Below are positions 9,685 through 20,013 of a stretch of DNA of 64,000 bases, piece by piece. A program made the translations under genes and the position numbers. The notes beneath the pieces are model-generated. The model searched no databases, had not been told where the DNA came from, and saw only the letters and a program-made list of their open reading frames with translations. Source of the stretch: Desulfobacterales bacterium (GTDB lineage Bacteria > Desulfobacterota > Desulfobacteria > Desulfobacterales > SURF-7); assembly GCA_046484745.1 (NCBI GenBank), contig JAWOIJ010000024.1, positions 2,787 to 66,786 on the forward strand, in the 5' to 3' direction. Positions within the stretch are counted from its first letter, which is position 1, and each line of letters begins with the position of its first letter.

Positions 9685-10914
9685 TCACTCCGTTTCAACA
9701 TTAAAACCAAAAGACGGTATGATACCGGACAGCTTGAAAACAATATGATCGATAATACCCTGAAGCCAATTGGAGCCTATTGCTGCATCTTCTGGTTTCA
9801 GTGCCTGGATTGCTCGGATATACTCTTTATTTTTGAATCCTCCGTTCTTCTCCAACCGTGTTTTTAAGTTTTCCAGAATATCCTCTTCCCCAATAAAATT
9901 ATAAAAAGAATCAAAACAGGATTCAATCTCCGACCAGTTTTTCCGCAGCTCTTCACTCCTGAGATCTGAGCAGTCGGCATTATGAATGATATTAGGAAGA
10001 TCCCTTAATCTTTTAATCCGTTCCTTTATATTCATTCCAAGTACTTCTTTCAGTCCGTTCAATAGTTCTTCCGGAAAATCATCGGTGACAAACTCGGACC
10101 TGACGTGATGATACCAGCTGTTCAGCGCGAAAAGATTCGCAATGTACACCAGGTTGTTCAGCACGGTTCTTTTGATGTTATAATGTTTTCCAGGAACAAA
10201 AGGGATATTGATGTTGTTTCGAACGCCTGCAAGTATCATTCGACCCGGTTGGAGTTCATCTTTCCGGCAGATTGTACCGGCCGCGGTTATCGTACCGAAG
10301 GCAAATCGTGCCGGGCCGACAATTCCGCCCTGCCCTCCCAGAAATATCGGTTTCTGATTCAGCATAACGCCCTGGGGCACGTTTCCCATCATGGAAGGGG
10401 TCGCCTTGTCCTGATTGGGTGTATAGTTGAAATGGATAAAAGAACTTCCGACTTCGCTGTGATCTTCACGGCTTGTCCCGCCTGACATCAAACAGTCACA
10501 AAAATTGATAAGACTTCCCAGGGTAACGAAAGGAAAGAGAATGGTCTGTTTTAATCCAACGGTGTGCGCGACAGAGGATTCTTCTTCAAGTATCGTTCCT
10601 TCTCGGACATGCGAGCCGTATCCCATGATGACTTTTTTTAAAAAAACCGCCTGCCGGAAAAAACCGCCTCTCAATTCTGTTTCAGGCCCGATGTGGCAGT
10701 TCTCGATGGTAACAGGCGCTTCATAACCCAGCTTCACGTCATTCAGGATCAGCGTATTTCCCCCGAAAATTTTACATCCGGAATAAACAACCGTACCCCT
10801 TCCGGAGATTCTGTCAATATTTACATCATCTCCGATCATAACGGTTTCCGGGTTGGGAATGGAAACCCCTTTATCCATGAGTTTTTGGACTTTTTGACTC
10901 GACTTGTTTTTCAT
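9685..10914 (-). CDS. GlmU-related left-handed beta-helix (acetyltransferase-like) protein
   Basis: LMDKGVSIPNPETVMIGDDV resembles the GlmU linker/LbH start; hexapeptide-like repeats; adjacent to glmM; start may be GTG 10941. Confidence 0.65.
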   Translation of the reverse strand: MKNKSSQKVQKLMDKGVSIPNPETVMIGDDVNIDRISGRGTVVYSGCKIFGGNTLILNDVKLGYEAPVTIENCHIGPETELRGGFFRQAVFLKKVIMGYGSHVREGTILEEESSVAHTVGLKQTILFPFVTLGSLINFCDCLMSGGTSREDHSEVGSSFIHFNYTPNQDKATPSMMGNVPQGVMLNQKPIFLGGQGGIVGPARFAFGTITAAGTICRKDELQPGRMILAGVRNNINIPFVPGKHYNIKRTVLNNLVYIANLFALNSWYHHVRSEFVTDDFPEELLNGLKEVLGMNIKERIKRLRDLPNIIHNADCSDLRSEELRKNWSEIESCFDSFYNFIGEEDILENLKTRLEKNGGFKNKEYIRAIQALKPEDAAIGSNWLQGIIDHIVFKLSGIIPSFGFNVETE

Positions 10915-10924
10915 TTCAGATTCA

Positions 10925-11206
10925 TCATTCGTCAAATACACCCAGTTTTAAGGGGATCCACCACATAATGCCGAATACCATGGTTTTGGCAATTGTTTTT
11001 TCAAGAGAAACACCGGCCTTTTTCCCGATTGGAATTGAAAAAGCCATCTCAAGAGGATGGCCGATACCCCACAGCAGGACCACGACCCACCACAGAAATT
11101 TTATTGAACCGCTGTCCAATGTAAAAAAAAGTCCGTAGAAAAAGAAAATCCAGCCAAAAACCGCAAAAGCCATATTTGCGTACCAAAATGATTTGTTTTT
11201 CAACAC
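10925..11206 (-). CDS. Small membrane protein
   Basis: 93 aa, about 3 hydrophobic segments, SD AGGAGG before GTG. Confidence 0.75.
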   Translation of the reverse strand: MLKNKSFWYANMAFAVFGWIFFFYGLFFTLDSGSIKFLWWVVVLLWGIGHPLEMAFSIPIGKKAGVSLEKTIAKTMVFGIMWWIPLKLGVFDE

Positions 11207-11352
11207 AGCGAATTCCTCCTGAGAAAAATTTTTAAAGTTACATCTGTTTTAGGGTCTTTCCGATAACAGGGTGTCCACAAACAAAAACCAGATTATCATC
11301 GGATCATGTCTTTTCAATCCCAACTGCCGTCTGCTAAGGGATAGCATGGCCG

Positions 11353-11754
11353 TCATGTCCGGCGGCTTTTTCTCCTGTTCCACTGCTCGATTTTATCAAA
11401 GGCGTCAAGTGCGACTCGGAACAAGATTTTCAAGTCTACCGGTTTGATAAAATAATCATCAAAACCCGCTCTTCTGCAAACACTGAATTCAAAATCAGAA
11501 GCATAACCAGTGACTGCAAAAAGTATGGACAGGGGATATTTTTCACGTATCGCTTTGCATAGCTCCACTCCCGACATTTTGGGCAGTTTGAGGTCAAGAA
11601 ACATAACCGGATAAGACTCTTTTTCCAAAATTGCCAGTGCATCCTCCGCGGTTCTTGCCCTGCGAACCGTATAACCGGCCTTGTTAAATCCCTGTTTGAA
11701 AACATCGATGACCATGTTGTCGTCATCCACGATGAGTATGTTTCTGCTTATCAT
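11353..11754 (-). CDS. Single-domain response regulator (REC)
   Basis: ILIVDDD, FLDLKLPKMSG, VTG, FIKP; SD GGAGG. Confidence 0.9.
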   Translation of the reverse strand: MISRNILIVDDDNMVIDVFKQGFNKAGYTVRRARTAEDALAILEKESYPVMFLDLKLPKMSGVELCKAIREKYPLSILFAVTGYASDFEFSVCRRAGFDDYFIKPVDLKILFRVALDAFDKIEQWNRRKSRRT

Positions 11755-11902
11755 TCAACCTCCCCTTTATGATCATTTCAGTTTTGCTGTTACCTGCAAG
11801 AAAAGGGCGGAACGGAACATGATACAATGTACCTGAGTTTTTATGAGAATCATATATAAAATTGTTTTCCTGCGGCAAAAAAATCAGGGGACAGCCGCGT
11901 TC

Positions 11903-12376
11903 TTAAAATCGATAAAAACCGGTATCTCTTCGTCTATCGAATCCGCATCGTCTTTCAACATTCAATCTTCTTTCAGGCCCGGTATAAGCAGGGGCTTCAT
12001 AAAGCCTTATGAATTCATGTAATCTTTTCTGTTGAAAAGATGAGGGTTTTACAAATTCAAGACATTGCTTTCTCATTTTTATATGCCGGGTCAAGGAAGT
12101 GTCATTCAATTCAAAATCAGATACGGCCCTCACAGCAAGCTTTTCAAGATAGAAGTCATCATTGACAAGCATAATATCAAGCGAATCAACTGACCATTTG
12201 GAATCGCTGATGTAGCAAAAAGCCAAACCACCTGCACTCAGGTTCTCGATGTTTACCAGCAGCCTGTCGGAGTGAGGTTTAACGATTGCAAACGCATCAT
12301 CTCGTATCTGAATTCTTTTATGGGATCGCATTTCAACATTTCTTTTTTCTTCAGGCATAAACGGTTCCCCCTTCAT
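11903..12376 (-). CDS. PilZ domain protein
   Basis: RSHKR (RxxxR) and NLSAGG (D/NxSxxG) motifs; C-terminal ERR/DRR repeats. Confidence 0.8.
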   Translation of the reverse strand: MKGEPFMPEEKRNVEMRSHKRIQIRDDAFAIVKPHSDRLLVNIENLSAGGLAFCYISDSKWSVDSLDIMLVNDDFYLEKLAVRAVSDFELNDTSLTRHIKMRKQCLEFVKPSSFQQKRLHEFIRLYEAPAYTGPERRLNVERRCGFDRRRDTGFYRF

Positions 12377-13060
12377 TCAGGATTGCATGATTTTTTCAAC
12401 TAATTTACTGAAGCCGGATACATTCATTGTTGCCTCACACGCGGGCAGGGTCGACGGAAAGCATCAGAAAGCCCTATTCCCATTATAAACCTGTCAGAAA
12501 CAAAAAAACTCATATTTTTATCATTGGAAGCACGAGAATCAGAGATCGTACATTAATATATTAAAAACCGTCACCATGTCAAATCCGGTTTATCACAACC
12601 ATTATAAATTATGTTTTTGCAGAATTGACACGGTATTGTTTGCCCGGATGATTCAATGCATTCGCTGAACCAAACGATCAACAAAAGATTCTGTTTGCAT
12701 TTTACTGAAAAAAAGGTTGAAGTTTTACATGGCGAATGTAATGAAGTGAAATTTGCAGTGAACGGTTCGAATGCTGAGAATATCATTCTTCATCATGCAG
12801 TTTATGCTGAAAAATGAGCTTTAACCTCTAAGCACGATATATTTTCGGATGTTTCACGGCAAATCACCCACTGTTCACAGGCGATATTAACCCGGAAATT
12901 TTTTTTATCGGGTGGATATAGATTTTTTAAGCAGGTTCAATATTGTTTTCGTCAAGACAGGCATGCTATGGTAGTATCGAAAAATATAATCAGACACCAA
13001 TACAACCATATCATATTTAAGGATATTTGTCCGATTCCGGCATGTCCGGGTTAGGGGCTG

Positions 13061-14413
13061 TTGATGATACGAATCGCTTTCGCGTGCATATTCGCTGTTT
13101 TTATTCTTTTCTCCTTTTCATTGTCGGGATGCCAGATGTTCAGTGTCCAGAAAACAGCCGAAGAACTTTCTCCCCAGATGAGCCTTACGGAGAGATTTAA
13201 CCGTGGCAGATCATTTCTTGAATCCCAGTTGTATGACAATGCGGTTGCGGATTTCAACGAGGTGATTAAGCTTGATCCCTATCATCAGCATGCCCACAAT
13301 GGTTTGGGAATTGCCTGGAAAAACAAGGGGGAGTATCAGAAAGCCATTGATGAATTTAACAAAGCGATCGCCCTGGATCCAACCTTTACAGAAGCATACA
13401 ACAACCGGGGAATCATCTATTTTATAACAAATGATTATGATAATGCGGTTACCGATTTTAACCGAATCATCCAGCAGACAAATCCGATGCTCTCCTCCGC
13501 ATACAACAACCGGGGAATCATATGGAAAAACAAGGGAAATTATGACAAGGCCATTGCCGATTACACCATGGCGATCCAGACAAATCCGAATTATTCTGCA
13601 GCTTACAGCAGCCGTGGAATTGCCTGGCGTGATAAAAAGGAATTTGATACCGCAATTAAAGATTTTACAACGGCAATCCGTATAAACCCTGAAAATGTCG
13701 ATGCCTATACCAACCGGGGAATAACGTATTACAACCTCAGAAAATTTGATAAAGCGATTTCAGACTATTCCATGGCCCTCAAGATTCATCCGGAAAATGA
13801 GGATGCGCTGAGTTGCAGGGGTGTTGCCTGGTATAAAATAGGGGAAAGCGATAAGGCCCTGGCTGATTTTTCACAGGCAATACGGATTAACCCCGACATG
13901 CCCGAATCGTATAATCGTCGAGGCATAATTTACTACAGTTCCGGAAAATATGATGACGCAATCAAGGATTTTAATCGTGCGATTGAGATAGCACCTCGAT
14001 ATACCAATGCATATAATAATCGTGGTGTCACCCGGAGAGCCAAGGGAGAATATACAAAAGCAATAGAGGATTATTCAAAAACGCTCGAGATCAACCCCCA
14101 GGATGCAGGAGCCTACAACAGCCTTGCGTGGATTCTGGCGACTTGTCCGGATGACAAAGCTCGGGATGGTAAAAGGGCCGTTGATTATGCTACCAGAGCG
14201 ATTCTGCTTCGTCCGGATTCTTTTAAGCTTGATACGCTTGCCGCAGCCTATGCGGAAGTGAGCAATTTCAAAGAAGCGATCTCCACACAGGAAAAAGCGA
14301 TTCTGCTCATGGAAAAAAGCAGATTCCAAAATGAAAAAGCGCTCGTTGAGTTTCATAACCATCTGAAATCATATAAATCCGGAAAACCATGGCGGGACTA
14401 TCCAAAAAAATAA
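13061..14413 (+). CDS. Tetratricopeptide repeat lipoprotein
   Basis: Lipobox LSGC; about 9 repeats of AYNNRG...AIxDyxxAIxxnP. Confidence 0.9.
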   Translation: MMIRIAFACIFAVFILFSFSLSGCQMFSVQKTAEELSPQMSLTERFNRGRSFLESQLYDNAVADFNEVIKLDPYHQHAHNGLGIAWKNKGEYQKAIDEFNKAIALDPTFTEAYNNRGIIYFITNDYDNAVTDFNRIIQQTNPMLSSAYNNRGIIWKNKGNYDKAIADYTMAIQTNPNYSAAYSSRGIAWRDKKEFDTAIKDFTTAIRINPENVDAYTNRGITYYNLRKFDKAISDYSMALKIHPENEDALSCRGVAWYKIGESDKALADFSQAIRINPDMPESYNRRGIIYYSSGKYDDAIKDFNRAIEIAPRYTNAYNNRGVTRRAKGEYTKAIEDYSKTLEINPQDAGAYNSLAWILATCPDDKARDGKRAVDYATRAILLRPDSFKLDTLAAAYAEVSNFKEAISTQEKAILLMEKSRFQNEKALVEFHNHLKSYKSGKPWRDYPKK

Positions 14414-14481
14414 ATTGAAAAATCCATATTCATCTTTTGTAACTGATTCAGCAGGCGCTTGATCATGATGAGGTTTCCCGA

Positions 14482-14510
14482 TTGACACGCACGGTGTGAT
14501 ACTTTATAAT
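14482..14510 (+). promoter_or_regulatory. Consensus sigma70 promoter
   Basis: TTGACA-17 nt-TATAAT, 37 nt upstream of the ATG at 14548. Confidence 0.8.
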
Positions 14511-14547
14511 CTGTTATAAATTGAATACCTTTATATGAATTGATTAA

Positions 14548-14970
14548 ATGGACCGGACAAGTCTTGACAAATTTAAATTAATCTCCTGCAGGATCCGGGA
14601 GGCAATACCTTCTTCGTTTACCTGGTCTTGGGATGAAGACTTTGATGTCGCCCGAATTGTTTTCCATAAATCTGAAATGGATCCATTGCTGATGACATTA
14701 GAAAAGGAGTTCCATGGCAAGTGGGATTTCACAAGCATTGACAGTGCGCCGGCATCCATCGAAAACCATATCCATTCAATATTTGGTATCATACCCGGTC
14801 AGATTCTTTTTACAACGGGTGAAAATTCAGGTCCGATTCTCTTTGCAGTCTGGTGGCCATGGGGAAACGAAAATTACATATCCCTGCGAATCGGCATTTT
14901 TTCTCCGAATGAAGAAGATTTTTCAAAAAACGAATCCAAAAAATTTCTAAAAAAATGGATAGGACTGTGA
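14548..14970 (+). CDS. Hypothetical protein
   Basis: 140-aa ORF with a WWPWG motif, downstream of a consensus promoter. Confidence 0.7.
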   Translation: MDRTSLDKFKLISCRIREAIPSSFTWSWDEDFDVARIVFHKSEMDPLLMTLEKEFHGKWDFTSIDSAPASIENHIHSIFGIIPGQILFTTGENSGPILFAVWWPWGNENYISLRIGIFSPNEEDFSKNESKKFLKKWIGL

Positions 14971-15241
14971 AAACTTTTCAGGGAAAAGCCTTTGCGCTGT
15001 TTCTGCGTTGCATCCAATGATAAATTTCCCAGGGTCCGCATGAATTTCAATCTCTTCCTTACTCACTTTTGGACGGACGGGGTAAAAACCCTGTTGTCCA
15101 TAGCCATTAAAATTATAAAAAGTTTACTTGAAAATATGGTTTGCCGTTTGTTGACAGTTTTTTTTACTTGTGAAATATATAACATATATTGCAGAAAAAA
15201 TTCAGACGTTTCCGTCAACATATTTTTTCAGGAGCAAATAA

Positions 15242-17524
15242 TTGGTTTTTTCTTCTTCTACGATATTTCCGGAAAGCGTGCCGGAATTAAAAACGTACTC
15301 CGTTCATTTTTCATTGAACAGGCTGGTTCCGGGCGTTGACAACATCAACTATGATGTTCACCTGAGTCCGAAACTTCAAGAATCATCAAACGATATCGTA
15401 AGACATCTTGTCTCGAGACACATAAAAGCAAGCGAGACAGATGAAATCTTAACAGATTCAAAAGACTGGATCAATGTTCAGGATACCTTTCGACAAATCA
15501 TTACGGATGTGCTTCTCAATGCCATAAACAAGGCTAAAGCGGAACGCGAAATCCAGATCGACTTTCTCATTCAGGCATCACTGACCAAAATGTTTCTGGA
15601 AAAAATCCACGTCAGTTTTGAGAGATTCGTCGAACACTATAAAAATATCATACGGAAACTGGAAGTTTCAAAAAGCAGTGGCAGCAAAACCATTATTCGG
15701 CTAAAGGAAGAACTTTCCGAAACGTTAAAGAATAGAAGAAAAATTACACAAAAAATTGCCGAAGAATTATTCCAATATCTGATCGAAATACAAAGCAACG
15801 AAATACAAAAAAACCGTGAAGCCAATTTTGGCCCGGGCGCCATCATGCCGGCAAGTTTTTTTACAAATCCAGTAATTAATTCGGAAAACACGACAAGTGA
15901 TTTTTTCCTGATAGAAGATTATGTTTTATTCGGGAACCGGTTGAATGATCCATTGAAATACAATCCCCTTATCGAACTCATCACCGATTTTTACAGACAG
16001 GTAACAGATCCGGACAAAGAAAATTTAGAGGTGATCAATGAAAATTCGGATCTAACCGAGTCACCGGATTCTGAATCTGAAACCCCGCTTTTCAAATGGA
16101 TTAATCGGGTGGAGAATCTGGATATTCTCTTGAATTATTTTGAGTGCGAGAATGAGATAAAAATTTTAAAAAAACAGAATAAAGACAAAGACAAAATTCT
16201 TGCCCTGAAAACGGAAGCTAAAAATCGTAAAAACAGATTGAATTATTTGCATAAGCAATTAAAATCCAACGGAATGTTAGAAGGCATTGTCGTGGCTTAT
16301 GAAATGCGTCAATTTTATTTCGAGTTCTGCCCGCCGTTAAATCCTCTCGAAGTATTGAAATATATTGTTTCACCAAAGGAAAGAAATGCGATCGCGGGAA
16401 AATTGAAACGTACCAAGGGCCCGATTGGAAAGTCCATTTCAATAAAGTTGCTTCAAAAGACAATGAAGGAACAGAAAAAGATTCCTTTAAATAAAAAAAA
16501 AGAACACCTGATCAACTATTTAAAAGGACTTGTTCGCTATCACAGAGACCTTCAGAACTATAAAATGCTCAAAGAGGCTATGGATTGGATCAATCTGACG
16601 GAAGACGAAAAAGTTCTCAAACTTTCACGGGTAAATCACACGTTATATGAATTTTTGCACTCCAGCGAACGTATGGAAGAAGAGAAGCCGATTGTAAATC
16701 ATATCATTATAAAAACCGATGTTCGGGGATCTACGGATATCACCCATCAGATTAAAGAAAGAGGTCTGAATCCAGCATCCTATTTCAGTTTAAATTTCTT
16801 CGATCCCATTACCGCAATCCTTTCGGAATACGGAGCTGAAAAAGTTTTTATTGAGGGCGATGCAATTATCCTTTCCATTTTTGAGAAAGAAGACACACCC
16901 AAGGGCTGGTATGCGGTTGCCCGCGCTTGCGGACTTGCGATCAACATGCTTTTAATCACCCAGCGTTACAATGCGCAATCTAAAAAGCACAGACTTCCCA
17001 TACTTGAGCAGGGAATCGGCATCTGTTATCGGAATACGCCTCCTACGTATCTTTTTGACGGCAACAACAGGATTATGATTTCACCTGCCATCAATCTTGC
17101 AGATCGTCTTTCCGGATGCACAAAATCACTTCGGAAAAAATTTGCCGAAGAAAAACTGCCATTCAATCTTTACGTATTTCAAACAGCTCCGGATTCAAGC
17201 TTGAACACAACCACAGATGATCTTCTTTCAAGGTTCAACATCAACGGGATCGAACTGAATGCGGAAGGTTTTGACAAACTGAAAGAAGAGATCAATCTCC
17301 AAAAAATCAGATGTTATATCCCTGATATACAGAAAGAAAAATTTATCGTCTACACGGGTACATTTCCAACCATATCCGGAAAATATCAACGCCTTATTAT
17401 CCGAGAGGCAGAGGTGCCGTTAATTTCCACCCATGATTTCAGGATAATTCGGATGACAAATCGTAAATATTATGAAGTATGTACAAACCGTAAGCTCTAT
17501 GAATTTATCAAAGATAACCGGTAA
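15242..17524 (+). CDS. Large soluble protein with C-terminal class III nucleotide cyclase-like domain
   Basis: IKTDVRGST, KVFIEGDAIIL, ISPAINLADRLSG match class III cyclase metal and transition-state motifs; TTG start with GGAG. Confidence 0.7.
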   Translation: MVFSSSTIFPESVPELKTYSVHFSLNRLVPGVDNINYDVHLSPKLQESSNDIVRHLVSRHIKASETDEILTDSKDWINVQDTFRQIITDVLLNAINKAKAEREIQIDFLIQASLTKMFLEKIHVSFERFVEHYKNIIRKLEVSKSSGSKTIIRLKEELSETLKNRRKITQKIAEELFQYLIEIQSNEIQKNREANFGPGAIMPASFFTNPVINSENTTSDFFLIEDYVLFGNRLNDPLKYNPLIELITDFYRQVTDPDKENLEVINENSDLTESPDSESETPLFKWINRVENLDILLNYFECENEIKILKKQNKDKDKILALKTEAKNRKNRLNYLHKQLKSNGMLEGIVVAYEMRQFYFEFCPPLNPLEVLKYIVSPKERNAIAGKLKRTKGPIGKSISIKLLQKTMKEQKKIPLNKKKEHLINYLKGLVRYHRDLQNYKMLKEAMDWINLTEDEKVLKLSRVNHTLYEFLHSSERMEEEKPIVNHIIIKTDVRGSTDITHQIKERGLNPASYFSLNFFDPITAILSEYGAEKVFIEGDAIILSIFEKEDTPKGWYAVARACGLAINMLLITQRYNAQSKKHRLPILEQGIGICYRNTPPTYLFDGNNRIMISPAINLADRLSGCTKSLRKKFAEEKLPFNLYVFQTAPDSSLNTTTDDLLSRFNINGIELNAEGFDKLKEEINLQKIRCYIPDIQKEKFIVYTGTFPTISGKYQRLIIREAEVPLISTHDFRIIRMTNRKYYEVCTNRKLYEFIKDNR

Positions 17525-17561
17525 GATTTTGAAAACAATATAATATCCGCATAGCAGAACG

Positions 17562-19001
17562 ATGAAAAAACCGAAACAATTGTCCAGAAAATTTACAACG
17601 CTTCTGATTTATGGTCGCCCTCCCCTTGCTTTTGCCGGGATGATTTGTGCAATCGGGGTTATGTTGACGCGGAATCCGATTTTTTATCTGATCGGGGTAT
17701 CGTGTCTTTTTATCTCCATGACATTCGACCTGGTGGATGGTTGGTTTGCAGCACGTTTTCAACCGAACAGCGCCCTGGCTCATCTGGCGGATCGGATCAT
17801 GGACAAAATTGTTTACTCGATCATCTTCCCGCTGCTTGCGACAGGAATGATGTGGCGAATGCTTTTTATCTCGCCAGGCTTCGTAAAGATCGAGCTTTTA
17901 CATGCTTTGTTTGTGTTGTTTTTATGTGTTACCGTTCTGGTTCGCGATAATTTTGCCTCTTTTATGCGTGGATTTGCCGTCAGAAGAGGCCATGAACCCG
18001 AATCGAGTGAATTTACACGGTTGCGAACCATTGTCGCAGCACCCCTCAGCGCGCTTTTATATGCGCATGCATTTTATCTGCCCGATGGACCGACCTTAAA
18101 ACTGTATTCCTGGATAACCTGGCTCGGCAACATTCCTGTCCGAGGATTTTTTATTCTTGAAATCATCTTTTTGATAATCAACTTCGGTTCCATTGCACGA
18201 TATTGCCGGAGGTACGGCTCTTATTGTCTTGACGAACTCTGTCTTGAAGATGAACAGCTTAGAAAAAAAATCCTTTCCATTTTCCCCAATGCGCTTACCG
18301 TGATGAATGCAATGATGGGACTTCTGGCTGTCTTTTTCGCATACCAGGACAGGATAAAAGAGGCCTATCTGATTATGATCGGTGCCGCCATATTTGATAA
18401 GCTTGACGGCGCAATGGCAAGAAAACTCGGATTGGCGGAGTCCGCTCCCATATCGGAAGGAAAGCACCGGATTACATTTGGCGGCATTATGGATGATATC
18501 GCAGATACCGTAAGCTTCTGTATTGCACCGGCATGGATTTATTATATTTGTCTTTCCGATGTTTCGAACCGGCTTCCGGTGGGGATTATCGCAGTTATTT
18601 ACGCTGTATTTGGCGTTGCACGATTAATCTATTTCACACTGGATAAAACACCGATCCCCGGATATTTTAAAGGTATGCCGACGCCTGCCGCCGCTCTTTT
18701 TGTCACCTCGCCCCTGATCATATTATCCCAGGAACTGGCAGCGAACTCTGAATATGTAATTTTCTGGTATTTCTTTTGTTCGGGTTTGATGATCCTGGCA
18801 GCAATACTGATGAATTTATTCCCGGCAAAATACATCCATGTAGGGCGCTTTATGGACAGAAACCCCTGGTTTGGCCGGATTGATCTGCCTTTGGTTTTTC
18901 TCTTTGCGTTTACACCTTATCTTGGGTATTTTGCTCTGATTCAACTGTTTCTTTACGCGATCTCCCCTTTATGGACAAGAGTTAAAAAACCGGAAAATTA
19001 G
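17562..19001 (+). CDS. Two-domain CDP-alcohol phosphatidyltransferase (PgsA-like + PssA-like)
   Basis: Two DxxDGxxA(R)...DxxxD motifs (DLVDGWFAAR..DRIMD; DKLDGAMAR..DDIAD); PssA-like FKGMPTPAAA. Confidence 0.8.
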   Translation: MKKPKQLSRKFTTLLIYGRPPLAFAGMICAIGVMLTRNPIFYLIGVSCLFISMTFDLVDGWFAARFQPNSALAHLADRIMDKIVYSIIFPLLATGMMWRMLFISPGFVKIELLHALFVLFLCVTVLVRDNFASFMRGFAVRRGHEPESSEFTRLRTIVAAPLSALLYAHAFYLPDGPTLKLYSWITWLGNIPVRGFFILEIIFLIINFGSIARYCRRYGSYCLDELCLEDEQLRKKILSIFPNALTVMNAMMGLLAVFFAYQDRIKEAYLIMIGAAIFDKLDGAMARKLGLAESAPISEGKHRITFGGIMDDIADTVSFCIAPAWIYYICLSDVSNRLPVGIIAVIYAVFGVARLIYFTLDKTPIPGYFKGMPTPAAALFVTSPLIILSQELAANSEYVIFWYFFCSGLMILAAILMNLFPAKYIHVGRFMDRNPWFGRIDLPLVFLFAFTPYLGYFALIQLFLYAISPLWTRVKKPEN

Positions 19002-19162
19002 ATTCCCGGTACTCCTGTCTTATCCGCTTCATTCAGAGGAGATTGAAAACCGGCGGTTGCTTGCCGCTGCTATTCATTCGTTTCAATGAGATCGCCACGT
19101 CGATCCCTGATGGAACATTCAACGATAACGTTTTCTATGCTTATGAATTGTTATGAAAGGAG

Positions 19163-19555
19163 ATGGATATGGATAACAGACATCGGATCGTTCTATACAT
19201 TTTATTTGTTGCTCTTGCACTCGTTTTACAGGGAAATATAGCCTTTGCCGGCAAATCTTCAGTTCAAATCGAAGTTCCGGAATCTGCTGCCGTGGGAGAA
19301 GTAATTTTGATCCAGCTTCATGTATCCCATGAAGGAAACAACTTGTTTCATTATACGGATTGGGTTTACGTGACGATTAATGGAAGCGAGGTCAAAAGGT
19401 GGACGTTCAGTAATTTTGACAAACCTGAATCAGAACATTTCACACGGACGATTAATCATACGATGAACGGCCCCATCAGGATTACAGCCGAATCTGACTG
19501 TAACATACACGGCAGTACAGGTGTTGTTGAAAAAAATGTGGCGATTAAGAAATAG
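19163..19555 (+). CDS. Exported desulfoferrodoxin/superoxide reductase-like protein
   Basis: Signal peptide ending AFA; HVSH..HYTDW..CNIHG resembles the SOR iron site. Confidence 0.65.
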   Translation: MDMDNRHRIVLYILFVALALVLQGNIAFAGKSSVQIEVPESAAVGEVILIQLHVSHEGNNLFHYTDWVYVTINGSEVKRWTFSNFDKPESEHFTRTINHTMNGPIRITAESDCNIHGSTGVVEKNVAIKK

Positions 19556-19563
19556 GTGATTTC

Positions 19564-19749
19564 ATGAAAATCGGAGGTGTTTCTATCCAGCTGATCACAG
19601 GGATTCTGAATGGTCTGCTGGTTCTCTTTCAGGCAGGCTCGGGATTGGGTTATTTTAAAGTTTCGTTCAGCGTGCACCGGAAAACAGGCATCGCTCTGCT
19701 GTTCACGGCAATGATCCATGCCTTTTTTGCGCTATTTGCCCATTCGTAG
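19564..19749 (+). CDS. Small two-helix membrane protein with H-x13-H
   Basis: 61 aa, 8 nt after the SOR-like gene; H38 and H52 on one helix. Confidence 0.6.
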   Translation: MKIGGVSIQLITGILNGLLVLFQAGSGLGYFKVSFSVHRKTGIALLFTAMIHAFFALFAHS

Positions 19750-20013
19750 GCCGGTTCGAACACATATCATTCCGCATTTTTCCGGTCAATCAAGGAATGA
19801 AAAGAATCATACTCGCGGGTCGCCGCCTGCTGTGCAGACTTGCGAACCGAATCCATTTCATAAAAATTTCTTTTCAACGATATGCTGCTTCGCAGCGCTA
19901 AACCGATGAAATTAAAATATGGAAAATAACTTGACACGGGTTGAAGTTTATTATAGAGGTTTCGCAAGTCTATCAAATTACATTAGAGATCAACTTATTT
20001 TATTTATTTTATT

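Noticed and set aside
12650-12780. Structured ncRNA in the 685-bp intergenic region
   Set aside because: Only short scattered complementarities in AT-rich DNA; no recognisable family or terminator
15242-17524. Pycsar or CBASS anti-phage cyclase
   Set aside because: No TIR or cNMP-binding effector adjacent and the context is housekeeping
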